64,000 nt of DNA from Anaeromyxobacteraceae bacterium (GTDB lineage Bacteria; Myxococcota; Myxococcia; Myxococcales; Anaeromyxobacteraceae): NCBI GenBank assembly GCA_047602405.1, contig JASGHJ010000002.1, forward strand, positions 3,648,001 through 3,712,000, written 5' to 3'. Position 1 is the first letter of the stretch. Every line of letters begins with the position of its first letter. Shown here one piece after another: positions 1 through 10,261 of the stretch. A program made the position numbers and the translations under genes. Under the pieces are notes generated by a model. The model was not told where the DNA came from. It searched no databases and worked only from the letters and a program-made list of their open reading frames with translations.

Positions 1-1261
1 CATGCGCGCGTAGCGGAGGAGCGCCTCCGCGGTGTCGGCCGACTCGAGCACGTGGAACGAGACCCGCGCGGCGGGCAGCGCGAGGGGCTCGGCCCAGTGG
101 CGGAGCGCGACGAGCTCCTTGATGCGGTGGCCGGTGGCGTGGTCGTCGAGGCCGCTGCCGCCGAGCTCGGAGGCGGGCCGGATGACCGTGACCGCGGCGA
201 GCCGCGCCGCCGGGTCGGCCGCCATGTCGCGGCGGGCCACCTCGCGCAGGGCCGTGAGCTGCGCCTCGTCGGCGTGGCCGGTGGCGACGGCGACCATCAC
301 GATGCTCGCCTGCGAGAGCTGCACCGAGGGGCGCGGGATCGGCGCCGGCTCGTAGCCGGCCGCCTTCACCCAGCGCTTCAGCACCCGCAGCGGCCCCGCC
401 TGGCGGAGCCGCTTCCCGCGCTCGCCCACCGCGACCTCGTCCGGGTGGGCGAGGTCGAGCGCGAGCTGTGCCGCGGTCGGGTAGCGGGCCCGCCCGTCCA
501 CCTCGAGGCAGCGCAGGATGATCTCCTGCAGCCAGGGCGGCAGGTCGCGGGCGAGCGCGCGGGGCGGGACCGGATCGCGCCAGAGCCGGCGGCGCAGGCC
601 GGCCTCGCCGGTGGGGTGCCCGAACGGGAGCCGCCCGGTCGCGAGCTGGTAGAGGATCGCCCCGATCGCGAAGACGTCGCTGCGCGGATCCGAGCGGACG
701 CCGACGATCTGCTCGGGCGACATGTACGGCGCCGAGCCGATGGGCCGGGTGGTCTCCTCGGCGAGGAGGTCCGGGAAGTGGCCGTGGTGCGCGAGCCCGA
801 AGTCGACGAGTACCGCCTCCCCGCCCGGCCGCACGAGCACGTTCCCGGGCTTGAGAATCGAGGTGGATCGCCTCCTGCTGGTGGAGGAGGTGCACGGCGG
901 TCGCGAGCGCGGCGCCGAGGCGGGCCACCTCGTCCGCCGGGAGCGGCGCCCGGTCGGCCCACTCCTGCAGCGGCCGGCCGTCCACGTGCTCCATCACGAT
1001 GTACGGCAGGACCGCGACGTCGCCTGCGGCCACGAAGCGCGGGACGGCCGGCCCCTGGAGCGCCGCCATGACCATCGCCTCGACCTCGTACGAGATGATG
1101 GTCGCGGCCGGCTCGCCGGGGCCGATGCGCGGCACCTTCATCAGGAGCGGGAACCCCTGGTCCTCGCGGCTGACGCGGTGGAGCACCGCCATGCCGCCCT
1201 CGTGGACGGGCGCGCCCACGGTGAAGCCGTCGACGACGCTGCCGGGCTCGACGCGCGGCAC
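1..1261 (-). CDS. Ser/Thr protein kinase fused to a C-terminal universal-stress-protein-like domain (3' end off window; +1 frameshift at ~856)
   Basis: GTG at 1261 just after the upstream stop. Removing one base at GAATC 855-859 gives IHLDLKPGNVL, VDFGLA and GSAPYMSPEQ. The C-terminal part reads IVMVAVATGH...VSFHVLESADTAEALLRYA (USP-like). Confidence 0.8.
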   Translation of the reverse strand, partial: MPRVEPGSVVDGFTVGAPVHEGGMAVLHRVSREDQGFPLLMKVPRIGPGEPAATIISYEVEAMVMAALQGPAVPRFVAAGDVAVLPYIVMEHVDGRPLQEWADRAPLPADEVARLGAALATAVHLLHQQEAIHLDSQARERARAAGRGGGTRRLRARAPRPLPGPPRRGDHPAHRLGAVHVARADRRRPLGSAQRRLRDRGDPLPARDRAAPVRAPHRRGRPAPPALARSGPAPRARPRPAALAAGDHPALPRGGRAGPLPDRGTARARPRPPGRGRGGRAREAAPPGGAAAGAEALGEGGRLRAGADPAPLGAALAGEHRDGRRRHRPRRRGAAHGPARGGPPRHGGRPGGAARRGHGHPARLRARRQRPRRPRHRPPHQGARRAPPLGRAPRAARRAGLVPRARVGRHRGGAPPLRAH

Positions 1262-1264
1262 GCG

Positions 1265-2008
1265 TCAGCCCCCCCGCTCGAGCCGCTGCGCGAGCAGCTC
1301 CGGGAGGCCCGCGTCGCGCATCTTCCGGGCGACGGTGCGCCAGTCGTAGGGCACGCGGTGGAAGGTGAGCGTGTGCTTCGCGAGGTCGGCCATCGCGTAG
1401 GCCGCGGCGGTGTTGCCGTCGCGCGGCTGGCCGGCCGAGCCGACCACCGCGAGCCACCGGCGGTGGATGGGGGTGGGGATCGGCACGCCCGGCTTCGGGG
1501 AGAACGGCACCGGGCGCCCGTGGGGGCCCTCGAAGTAGAGCGCCTGCTCGTGCACGTGGCCGACGAAGACGAACCGCGCCGTGGAGCGCTCGAAGCAGCG
1601 CTGGGCGCGGTAGGTGTCGTTCACGTAGATCCACTCCTTCGGCGCCTCGGCCGAGGCGTGCACCAGGAGCACGTCGCCCCAGCTCACCGAGAGCGGCAGG
1701 CCGCGCAGGAACTCGCGCTCTCGCTCGCCCAGCTGCTGGCGGGTCCAGCGCACGGCCTCCGCGGCGGGGCCGTTCATGAACTCGGTGTCGCCCTCGAGCG
1801 CGGCCTCGTCGTGGTTGCCGAGGACCACCGCGGCGCCCCGCCTGGCGAACCCCGCCACCCGGTCGATCACCGCGACCGGGTCCGGGCCGTAGCCGACGAG
1901 GTCGCCCAGGAAGGCCCACTGCTCGGCCCCGGCCGCCTGGGCGTGGGCGAGGCAGGCCTCCAGGGCCTCGAGGTTCGCGTGCAGGTCCGAGAGGAGGGCC
2001 AGCCTCAC
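1265..2008 (-). CDS. Calcineurin-like metallophosphoesterase
   Basis: Motifs SDLHAN, GDLVGYG, GNHD, GHVH, GSAGQPRDG. Confidence 0.9.
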   Translation of the reverse strand: MRLALLSDLHANLEALEACLAHAQAAGAEQWAFLGDLVGYGPDPVAVIDRVAGFARRGAAVVLGNHDEAALEGDTEFMNGPAAEAVRWTRQQLGEREREFLRGLPLSVSWGDVLLVHASAEAPKEWIYVNDTYRAQRCFERSTARFVFVGHVHEQALYFEGPHGRPVPFSPKPGVPIPTPIHRRWLAVVGSAGQPRDGNTAAAYAMADLAKHTLTFHRVPYDWRTVARKMRDAGLPELLAQRLERGG

Positions 2009-2059
2009 GCACCGGAGGATAACACCCGGTGGAGCACCGGCCGCGCCCCAAATGCCGCG

Positions 2060-3394
2060 CTAACGCATGAAGACGAAGGTCACCGCGACGAAGAGCGGGA
2101 CGAGCACGGCGCCGCTCCAGGCCATGTAGCCGAGGAAGCTCGGCATCCGGACGCCGTTCGCCTCGGCGATCGCCTTGACCATGAAGTTGGGGCCGTTCCC
2201 GATGTACGAGTTCGCGCCCATGAGCACCGAGCCGAGCGCGACGGCCTGGAGCAGGCTCGCGCCCCGCGGCGACGCGACGAGCTCGGCGAGCCGGGCCGCG
2301 TCGGTGCCGGCGAGCCCGCTCGCGGCCGAGGCGAACGCGAGGTAGGTGGGCGCGTTGTCGAGGAAGGACGAGAGCGCGCCCGAGGCCCAGAAGAACTGCC
2401 ACGGCTCGGTGAGCCCCAGCGCGGCGCCGCGGGCGTTGAGGATCTCGAGCGCGGGGATCATCGTCGCGAAGATCCCGGCGAAGATCACGGCCACCTCCAC
2501 GATGGGACCCCAGGAGAAGGCGTTCTCCGCCCGGAGCTCCCCCGGCGTCGTGACGAGCGAGAGGCCACCCAGCACGAGCAGCCCGAGCCCCTGCGCCCAG
2601 ACCGGCGCGCCGTACACGCCGCAGACGAGGAGCAGCACCACCACCGCCGCGAGGTAGGCGAGGTTCCGCTTCCCGGCCACGTGGACGGGGAGCACGTGGC
2701 CCACCGCGACCTGGTCGAGGTCCTCGTTCCTGCGTTCGAGGTCCTCCTGCCGGAAGATCTGCGAGTCGACGATGTAGAAGAGGACGAGCAGCGCCGCGTT
2801 CACCATCAGCCACGCCGGGAAAAGCCGCAGCGTCCAGAGGAACGGCACCCCGCGCAGGAACCCCAGGAAGAGCGGCGGATCGCCCAGCGGGGTGAGGAGC
2901 CCGCCCGCGTTCGAGACCACGAAGATGAAGAACACGAACACGTGCGCCTTGCGCCGGCGGATCGAGTTCGCGCGGAGCATCGGACGCACGAGCACCATCG
3001 AGGCGCCGGTCGTGCCGATGACGGAGGCGAGCACCGCGCCGATCGCGAGGAACACCGCGTTCGAGCCGGGCGTGCCGGCGAGCGTGCCGCGGACCACCAC
3101 CCCGCCGGAGATGGTGTAGAGGGTCCCGAGGAGCAGGATGAACGCCGCGTACTCCTCGGCGGTGTGGCGCACGACGTCCGGCTGCAGGAGCGAGATCCAC
3201 GCCAGCACCGGCAGCCCGAGCAGCGCGGAGACGAGCGCCTTGTTCCGGTTGGGCTCCCAGAGGTGGCCGGCCGCGAGCGGCAGGATCGCGATGCAGAGCA
3301 GCATCAGGACGAACGGCAGGACGGCCCAGGCGGGCAGCGCGTGCCCGAGGGCGATCGATTCACCCGGCGTGATGGCGGTCGCGAGCGGCGGCAT
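2060..3394 (-). CDS. Putative sodium:proton antiporter / ion-transporter (IT) superfamily membrane protein
   Basis: Many hydrophobic segments; SNAGGLLTPLGDPPLFLGFL, SSFLDNAPTY, YIGNGPNFMV. Start taken as ATG 3394. Confidence 0.8.
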   Translation of the reverse strand: MPPLATAITPGESIALGHALPAWAVLPFVLMLLCIAILPLAAGHLWEPNRNKALVSALLGLPVLAWISLLQPDVVRHTAEEYAAFILLLGTLYTISGGVVVRGTLAGTPGSNAVFLAIGAVLASVIGTTGASMVLVRPMLRANSIRRRKAHVFVFFIFVVSNAGGLLTPLGDPPLFLGFLRGVPFLWTLRLFPAWLMVNAALLVLFYIVDSQIFRQEDLERRNEDLDQVAVGHVLPVHVAGKRNLAYLAAVVVLLLVCGVYGAPVWAQGLGLLVLGGLSLVTTPGELRAENAFSWGPIVEVAVIFAGIFATMIPALEILNARGAALGLTEPWQFFWASGALSSFLDNAPTYLAFASAASGLAGTDAARLAELVASPRGASLLQAVALGSVLMGANSYIGNGPNFMVKAIAEANGVRMPSFLGYMAWSGAVLVPLFVAVTFVFMR

Positions 3395-3591
3395 GAGGGT
3401 CCACCGTAGGGAATCGCGCGCGTGCGGGTCAACGCCGGACGCGCGGCGGGGCGAGATTCCCGCTGCCCGGGGGCCGGGCACCTGCCTCCGGGGCGCGCAG
3501 CCGGGCGGGGCGCCGCGTTGACGCGGCCGGACGGCCTTGCCTATAACCGCGAGTCTTCTACCCTTCTCCGGTCCCGGCCGGGAGCGAGCGC

Positions 3592-4972
3592 ATGAGCCAC
3601 CACGAGAACGTCCTGTCGGCGATCGGCCACACCCCGCTCGTCCGCCTCAACAAGGTCGTCGACCCGAACGGCGCGAACGTCCTCGCGAAGCTCGAGTACC
3701 TGAACCCCGGCGGCGCCATCAAGGACCGCATGGCCGTCCACATGATCGAGAAGGCCGAGAAGGCGGGCCTGCTCAGGAAGGGCGGCGTCATCGTCGAGAA
3801 CACGAGCGGCAACACCGGCGTCGGCCTCGCGCTCGCCGCGGCGGTGAAGGGCTACCGCTGCATCTTCACGATGCCGGACAAGATGTCGAAGGAGAAGCAG
3901 GACACGCTGAAGGCCTTCGGCGCGACCGTGGTGGTCACCCCCACGAACGTCCCCGCCGACTCGCCGGAGAGCTACTACTCGGTCGCGAAGCGCATCGCCG
4001 CCGAGACGCCCAACAGCTTCTACGTGAACCAGTACCACTCGCCGGACAACATCGAGGCGCACTACCGCTCGACCGGCCCGGAGATTCTGGGAGCAGTGCG
4101 AGGGGCGCATCGACGCGTTCGTCGCGGGCGTCGGCACCGGCGGGACGATGAGCGGCGCGGGCAAGTTCCTGAAGGAGAAGAACCCGAAGCTCCTGAACGT
4201 CGGCGCCGACCCCATCGGCTCGGTCTACTTCTCGATGTTCAAGACCGGCAAGCTCTCCCAGCCTCACGTCTACAAGGTCGAGGGCATCGGCGAGGACATG
4301 ATGTGCGGCGCGATGGACCTCACGGTCCTCGACGACGTCCGCCAGGTGAACGACGCGCAGGCCTTCGCGATGGCCCGGCGGCTCGCGCGCGAGGAGGGCA
4401 TCTTCGCGGGCGGCTCCTCCGGCGCGGCGGTCCACGTCGCCGTGCAGATCGCGAAGGAGCTCCCGAAGGGCAAGATCGTGGTCGTGCCGCTGCCGGACGG
4501 CGGGCGCGCCTACATCTCGAAGTTCTACTCGGACGAGTGGATGCGCGACAACGGCTTCCCGGTCGAGGGCACCGAGTCGCTCGCGCAGGCCACCGTGAAG
4601 GACGTGCTGTCGGGCCGCCGCGGCGAGGTGTTCAGCGCGAGGCGCACCGACAAGGTCGAGTCGGTCGTGAAGCGCATGCGCGAGCACGACGTCTCGCAGA
4701 TGCCGGTCGTCGACGACGCGGGCCGCGCCATCGGCATGATCCACGAGTACGACCTCCTCAACTTCCTCCTCGAGGGCAAGCACCGCCTCTCCGAGATCGT
4801 GGAGCCGCTGGTGCAGCCGCTGCAGGGCGTCGTCACGCTCGACACCCCGGTCGGCCGCCTGCGCGAGATCTTCAACGACGACAACGTCGCCGTCGTGAAG
4901 GAGGGCGAGAAGGTGACCGGCATCGTCACCAAGATCGACCTCATCGAGTTCCTGGGGGACCGGCTCCGCTGA
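3592..4972 (+). CDS. Cystathionine beta-synthase / PLP-dependent cysteine synthase family with C-terminal CBS domains (+1 frameshift at ~4085)
   Basis: KLEYLNPGGAIKDR and ENTSGNTG. Removing one T at GATTC 4083-4087 restores PEIWEQCEGRIDAFVAGVGTGGT and joins ORF 4148-4972 (EGIG, GGSSG, CBS pair). Span is 3n+1. Confidence 0.9.
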
Positions 4973-5003
4973 CCCGGCGGCCGGAACGGGCGCCGTTCAC
5001 GGC

Positions 5004-5840
5004 ATGCCTCGCCGCCTCTCCGCGCGGGAGCTCGAACGGTCCGCGGCCCGCCGCGCCGCGCCGCGGGAGGCGCCGGCGCCCGGGGTGGGCGAGGCGCTCG
5101 CGATGCTCGTGCGCCGCGGGCTCTCGCCCCGGCTCGCCCGGCCGGACCTCCCCTTCCCGCGCGACCTCGACGAGGCCGCGGCGGACCGGGTCTCGGCGGC
5201 GCTGCGGCGCTACGGGTTCCGGCTGTTCCTGCGCGACGCGATCCTCGCGGACGGGCCCTTCCGGCCGGCCGACGCGAGCCGCTACCTCGAGGGCCTCGAG
5301 GCCGAGCGCGCGGCCGAGGAGCTCGTCGCGCTCGGGCTCGCCGTCCGGCTCCCCGACGCGCGCGTGCGCCTCGTGCACCCGGCGCGGAGCTTCGGCGGCA
5401 CGCTCGAGTGGTGGGTGGCGCGCGAGCTCGGACGCAGGCTCTCCGCGGACGTCGCGGTGGGCGTGCGGTCGGGCTCGCCGGGCGTGGGCGGCGACCTCGA
5501 CGTCGTGCTCGCGCTCGAGGGACGGCTCGCCTACCTCGAGCTGAAGAGCGGACCGCCGAAGCACCTCGTGGCGGGCGAGGTGGAGGCGTTCCTCGCCCGG
5601 GTGCGGGCGCTCAGGCCGCACCTCACCCTGTTCGCGCTCGACACGGCGCTGCGGCTCGAGGACAAGGTGCTGCCGATGCTCGTCGCCGCCACGCGGGGGG
5701 CCGATCCCCTTCCCGTCCGCCGGGGTGTCTGGCGCGTCGCGCCAGGGCTCTACCTCGCCGGCGCGCGCGGCGATCTCGTCGAGAACCTCGCGTCGGCCGT
5801 CGCCCACGGGCTCGCGGCGCTCGCTCCGGCGCCGCCGTGA
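5004..5840 (+). CDS. Hypothetical protein with PD-(D/E)XK nuclease-like motif
   Basis: FGGTLEWWVA...GGDLDVV...YLELKSG gives an E...D...ExK arrangement; tightly packed between flanking genes. Confidence 0.6.
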   Translation: MPRRLSARELERSAARRAAPREAPAPGVGEALAMLVRRGLSPRLARPDLPFPRDLDEAAADRVSAALRRYGFRLFLRDAILADGPFRPADASRYLEGLEAERAAEELVALGLAVRLPDARVRLVHPARSFGGTLEWWVARELGRRLSADVAVGVRSGSPGVGGDLDVVLALEGRLAYLELKSGPPKHLVAGEVEAFLARVRALRPHLTLFALDTALRLEDKVLPMLVAATRGADPLPVRRGVWRVAPGLYLAGARGDLVENLASAVAHGLAALAPAPP

Positions 5841-5913
5841 GCGGCGGAGCCCCTGCCGGGCGCCCTCCCCGGCGTGGCGCTCCGGGCCCGGCAAGGCTAA
5901 CCTCCCGCCCGCC

Positions 5914-7089
5914 ATGGCGACCTCCGACCGCAAGTTCTCGATCGACACGCTCGCGATCCACGCGGGCCAGAAGCCCGACCCCACCACCGGCGCGGTGATG
6001 ACGCCGGTGTACCTCACCTCGACGTACGCGCAGTCGAGCCCGGGCGTGCACAAGGGCTTCGAGTACTCGCGCTCGCACAACCCCACCCGCTTCGCGCTCG
6101 AGGCCTGCCTCGCCGCGCTCGAGGGCGGGAGGCACGGCTTCGCCTTCGCCTCGGGGCTCGCCGCGACGGACTGCGTGCTCCACCTCCTCGACGCGGGCGG
6201 CCACGTGGTGGCGTCCGACGACGTCTACGGCGGGACCTTCCGCATCTTCGACAAGGTCTTCCGCCGGCTGGGGCTCACGTTCGACTACGTCGACATGACC
6301 GATCCCGCGAACGTCGAGCGCGCGATGCGGAAGGACACGCGCCTCGTCTGGATCGAGAGCCCGACCAACCCGATGCTCAAGATCGTGGACCTCGCGGCGG
6401 TCGCCGGGATCGCGAGGGCGCACGGCGCGCGGTCGGTGGTCGACAACACCTTCGCGACGCCCTACTTCCAGCGGCCGCTCGAGCACGGCGTCGACGTCGT
6501 CGTGCACTCGATGACGAAGTACCTGAACGGTCACTCCGACGTGGTGGGCGGCGCGATCGTCACGGCGGACGACGCCCTCGCCGAGAAGATCCGGTTCCTG
6601 CAGAACGCGGTGGGCGGCGTGGCCTCCCCGATGGACAGCTTCCTCGTGCTGCGGGGGCTCAAGACCCTGCACGTCCGCATGGAGCGCCACGCCCAGGGCG
6701 CGATGGCGGTGGCGCGGTTCCTCGAGAAGCACCGGCAGGTCGAGAAGGTGACGTACCCGGGCCTCGAGGGCCACCCGCAGCACGCGCTCGCGAGGCGCCA
6801 GATGCGCGGCTTCGGCGGGATGCTCTCGTTCGTGGTGAAGGGCGGGCTGCCCGCGGCGAAGGCGTTCCTCGAGGCGCTCGAGATCTTCGCCTGCGCCGAG
6901 TCGCTCGGCGGCGTCGAGAGCCTCGCCGAGCACCCGGCCATCATGACGCACGCCTCGGTGCCGAAGGAGACCCGCGAGAAGCTCGGCATCGCCGATGGCT
7001 TCGTGCGGCTCTCGGTCGGCATCGAGGGGACCGAGGACCTCCTCGCGGACCTCGAGCGCGGCCTCGCGGCCGCGGCGCGGGCGGGCTAG
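5914..7089 (+). CDS. Cystathionine gamma-lyase/gamma-synthase (Cys/Met metabolism PLP enzyme)
   Basis: YSRSHNPTR, ESPTNP, VDNTFATP, HSMTKYLNGHSD, AESLGGVESL, RLSVGIE. Confidence 0.93.
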   Translation: MATSDRKFSIDTLAIHAGQKPDPTTGAVMTPVYLTSTYAQSSPGVHKGFEYSRSHNPTRFALEACLAALEGGRHGFAFASGLAATDCVLHLLDAGGHVVASDDVYGGTFRIFDKVFRRLGLTFDYVDMTDPANVERAMRKDTRLVWIESPTNPMLKIVDLAAVAGIARAHGARSVVDNTFATPYFQRPLEHGVDVVVHSMTKYLNGHSDVVGGAIVTADDALAEKIRFLQNAVGGVASPMDSFLVLRGLKTLHVRMERHAQGAMAVARFLEKHRQVEKVTYPGLEGHPQHALARRQMRGFGGMLSFVVKGGLPAAKAFLEALEIFACAESLGGVESLAEHPAIMTHASVPKETREKLGIADGFVRLSVGIEGTEDLLADLERGLAAAARAG

Positions 7090-8060
7090 AGCCCGAAGAC
7101 CATCTGCTCGAGCAGGGTCTGCATGTCGGCCGTGGTCTGGGCCTCGTCGTGGAACGAGGTGAAGGTCACCCGGCCGGCCCCCGCCGCGAACTGCACCGCG
7201 TACGGCTTCCCCGTGAGCTTGCCGACGTCGTAGGTGTCGACGGGGCCGCTGAGCAGGACGTCGGTGCCGGCGCCCGCGCCGCTCATGACCACCCAGGCGC
7301 CGAGGTCGAAGTTGATCTCCGCGGTGCCCTTGCCGAGCGCCCGGGCGAGCGCCTCGTCCTCGACCTTCGCGGTCTGGGTCCCGTCCACGCCCTGGTACAT
7401 GTCGGGCGAGAGGTACTTCACCTTCCCGTTGAAGTAGGCGTCGACGTAGATGCCCGCGTAGTCGGAGGCGTAGAGCACGCCGCCCGCGTTCACCCAGCCG
7501 GTGAGGGCGGCCTTCGTGGCGGCGTCGGTGACGTACCCCTCGTCGAGGCCGCAGTTGAGCAGCAGGACGTCGTAGGAGGCGAGGTTGGTCGCGGCCTGGG
7601 CCAGGGCGCCCATCGAGAGCGGGGCCGGCGTGAACCCGAGGCCGGCCACGAGCGACTCGATGGAGTCGAAGTCGCCCGGCACGTAGCCGATCTTCACCGA
7701 GGCCGCGTCGATCTTCACCGTCACCGGCGTGCCCGGCGTCGCCGGGCCCGTGCCGTGGAAGTGACCGCGGTCGATGGTGACCGTCGTCGCGTCGGGCGGC
7801 AGGCCGTCGAGCTCGAAGGCGCCGTCGCCCCCGGTGGAGGCGGTGCAGCCCGGGGCGCTCGCGACGGAGACGATGCCGCCCGCGACCGGCACCTCTTCGT
7901 TCGGCGACGTGAAGTGCCCGGTCAGCTTCGCCGTGCCCTTCTTGCAGTCGACCTGCGTGGGCGGGAGCGTGTCGGGCTTCGAGCCGTTCGAGCCGCCGCC
8001 GCCACAGGCGGCGAGCGCGGCCGTGAGGGCGAGCGCGTGGATCAGCGTCAGGCGGGTCAT
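7086..8060 (-). CDS. Putative lipoprotein (beta-sandwich domain plus class-I GATase-like domain)
   Basis: ATG 8060; signal peptide ending ALAAC lipobox; YDVLLLNCG, WVNAGGVLYASD, GRVTFTSFH. Confidence 0.65.
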   Translation of the reverse strand: MTRLTLIHALALTAALAACGGGGSNGSKPDTLPPTQVDCKKGTAKLTGHFTSPNEEVPVAGGIVSVASAPGCTASTGGDGAFELDGLPPDATTVTIDRGHFHGTGPATPGTPVTVKIDAASVKIGYVPGDFDSIESLVAGLGFTPAPLSMGALAQAATNLASYDVLLLNCGLDEGYVTDAATKAALTGWVNAGGVLYASDYAGIYVDAYFNGKVKYLSPDMYQGVDGTQTAKVEDEALARALGKGTAEINFDLGAWVVMSGAGAGTDVLLSGPVDTYDVGKLTGKPYAVQFAAGAGRVTFTSFHDEAQTTADMQTLLEQMVFGL

Positions 8061-8192
8061 CCGGTGTCCTCGGGGAAGGCAGGGGCTCTGGACGCTTGGT
8101 AGCACCCCGGCCCGCCGGGCGCCGTGATCGCTGCACGCCCTGTCGGGGTCACCGCTTCGTCGGTCCCTGGATCCGGATACAGTGCGGCGGCC

Positions 8193-10253
8193 ATGCCGAC
8201 CCTCGCACCCCTCGCCCTCGCGCTGCTCGCCGCCGCCCCCACCCCGCCGCCCGCGCTCTCGCAGCCGGCCGCGCTCACCGTGAAGGCCCTCGTCGCGAAG
8301 CACGGCGAGCCCGAGCGCGCGCGGATCGAGCGCGGCGTCGCCCAGGCGGCCTCGCTCTGGCGGCCGGCCGACGGGGACGGGAAGGCCTTCCAGGCGTTCT
8401 GCGAGGCGCAGTTCCTCCCGAAGGGCCCCGCCCTCGACGCGGGCTTCTCGCGGCTCGAGGCCGCGATCGAGGCGCTCGAGGGGAACGGCCTCGAGATGGG
8501 CCGCACGCTCCGCAGCGGCGCCGACCTCGACCTCGGCCCGCTCCAGCCGCTCGACCCCCTCCTCGCGGCGTTCGACCCGACCGCGCACTTCAACGACGAC
8601 CTCTTCGACCAGAAGATCGCCTTCGCGGTCCTCCTCAACTTCCCGCTCACGACGCTCGACGAGCGCGTGGCGCAGGGCGAGACGTGGACCACGCGGCAGT
8701 GGGCCGAGGCCCGGCTGGCGGATCGCTTCTCGATGCGCGTGCCGGCCGCCGTGATGCAGGGCATCGCGCGCGCGAGCGCCGAGGCCGACGCCTACGTCGC
8801 GGGCTACAACGTGTGGGTCCACCACGTCGTCGACGATCAGGGGGCCCGGCCCTTCCCGAAGGGCAAGCGCCTCCTCTCGCACTGGAACCTCCGCGACGAG
8901 CTGAAGGCCTGGTACGGGCAGCCGGACGGCGTCGTCCGGCAGCGCGCCATCGCGAAGGTGATGGAGCGGATCGTCACGCAGACGATCCCGGCCGCGGTGA
9001 TCGACGATCCGACCGTCGACTGGAACCCGTGGACGAACGCGGTCGCGCCCGCGCCGGCCGCCGAGATCGAGAACGGCAAGCCCCCCCGCGCGAAGGTCGA
9101 CCCCGCCCGCGAGGCCGACGTCCGCTTCGCGCGCATCCTCGGGAACTTCCGCGCCGCGAGGGCGATGGACCCCTACTCGCCGGCCGCGCCGACGCAGATC
9201 GCCCGCGGGTTCCTGATGGACCGCGAGCTCCCGGAGGCGCGGGTCGTCGCGACGCTCGAGGAGGTGCTCGGCGCGCCGGAGATCGCGCGCATCGGGAAGC
9301 TCGTCTCGACCCGCCTCGGTCGCCCGCTCGAGCCGTTCGACGTCTGGTACCCCGGCTTCAAGGCGAAGCCGGCGATGCCCGAGGCGGAGCTCGACAAGAT
9401 CACCCGCGCCCGCTACCCGACGCCCGCCGCGTTCGAGAAGGCGCTCCCGCTGACCCTCCAGAAGCTCGGCTTCACGCCGGAGCGCGCGGCCTTCTTCGCC
9501 GCGCACATCACCGTCGACCCGGCCCGCGGCTCGGGCCACGCGCTCGAGGCCGCCCGGCGCGGGGACAAGCCCCACCTGCGCACCCGGGTGAACGCCGACG
9601 GCATGGACTACAAGGGCTTCAACATCGCGGTCCACGAGCTCGGCCACAACGTCGAGCAGGTGTGCAGCCTCTACCAGGTGGACTCGACGCTGCTCCGGGG
9701 CGTGCCGAACACGGCGTTCACCGAGGCCCTCGCGTTCGTCTTCCAGGCGCGCGATCTCGAGGTGCTGGGCCTCCCGGGCCCGGACGCCGAGGCGCGCCGG
9801 CTCGAGGCGCTCGACCGGCTCTGGAGCACCTTCGAGATCGCCGGCGTCGCGCTCGTCGATCTGAGGATGTGGCACTGGATGTACGACCACCCGAAGGCGA
9901 CGCCTGCGCAGCTCCGCGAGGCGACGGTCGGGATCGCGAAGGAGGTCTGGAACCGGTGGTACGCGCCGGTGCTCGGCGCGAAGGACGTGCCGCTCCTCGC
10001 GATCTACTCGCACATGGTGAACCGCGACCTCTACATCCCCGACTACCCGCTTGGCCACGTCATCGCCGCGCAGATCGAGGCGCACATGGACGCGCGGCCG
10101 GCGAACACGCTCGGCGCCGAGTTCGAGCGCATGGCGAGCGCGGGCCGCCTCTCGCCGGACGTCTGGATGAAGAAGGCGACCGGCCAGCCAGTGACCGCGC
10201 GCCCCATGATCGAGGCCGCCGCGCGCGCGCTCGACGCGGTCGCGGCCCGGTAG
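8193..10253 (+). CDS. Secreted protein with gluzincin-like zinc metallopeptidase motif
   Basis: Signal-like N-terminus MPTLAPLALALLAA; AVHELGHNVEQ followed by NTAFTEALA. Confidence 0.65.
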   Translation: MPTLAPLALALLAAAPTPPPALSQPAALTVKALVAKHGEPERARIERGVAQAASLWRPADGDGKAFQAFCEAQFLPKGPALDAGFSRLEAAIEALEGNGLEMGRTLRSGADLDLGPLQPLDPLLAAFDPTAHFNDDLFDQKIAFAVLLNFPLTTLDERVAQGETWTTRQWAEARLADRFSMRVPAAVMQGIARASAEADAYVAGYNVWVHHVVDDQGARPFPKGKRLLSHWNLRDELKAWYGQPDGVVRQRAIAKVMERIVTQTIPAAVIDDPTVDWNPWTNAVAPAPAAEIENGKPPRAKVDPAREADVRFARILGNFRAARAMDPYSPAAPTQIARGFLMDRELPEARVVATLEEVLGAPEIARIGKLVSTRLGRPLEPFDVWYPGFKAKPAMPEAELDKITRARYPTPAAFEKALPLTLQKLGFTPERAAFFAAHITVDPARGSGHALEAARRGDKPHLRTRVNADGMDYKGFNIAVHELGHNVEQVCSLYQVDSTLLRGVPNTAFTEALAFVFQARDLEVLGLPGPDAEARRLEALDRLWSTFEIAGVALVDLRMWHWMYDHPKATPAQLREATVGIAKEVWNRWYAPVLGAKDVPLLAIYSHMVNRDLYIPDYPLGHVIAAQIEAHMDARPANTLGAEFERMASAGRLSPDVWMKKATGQPVTARPMIEAAARALDAVAAR

Positions 10254-10261
10254 CTGCCCCG

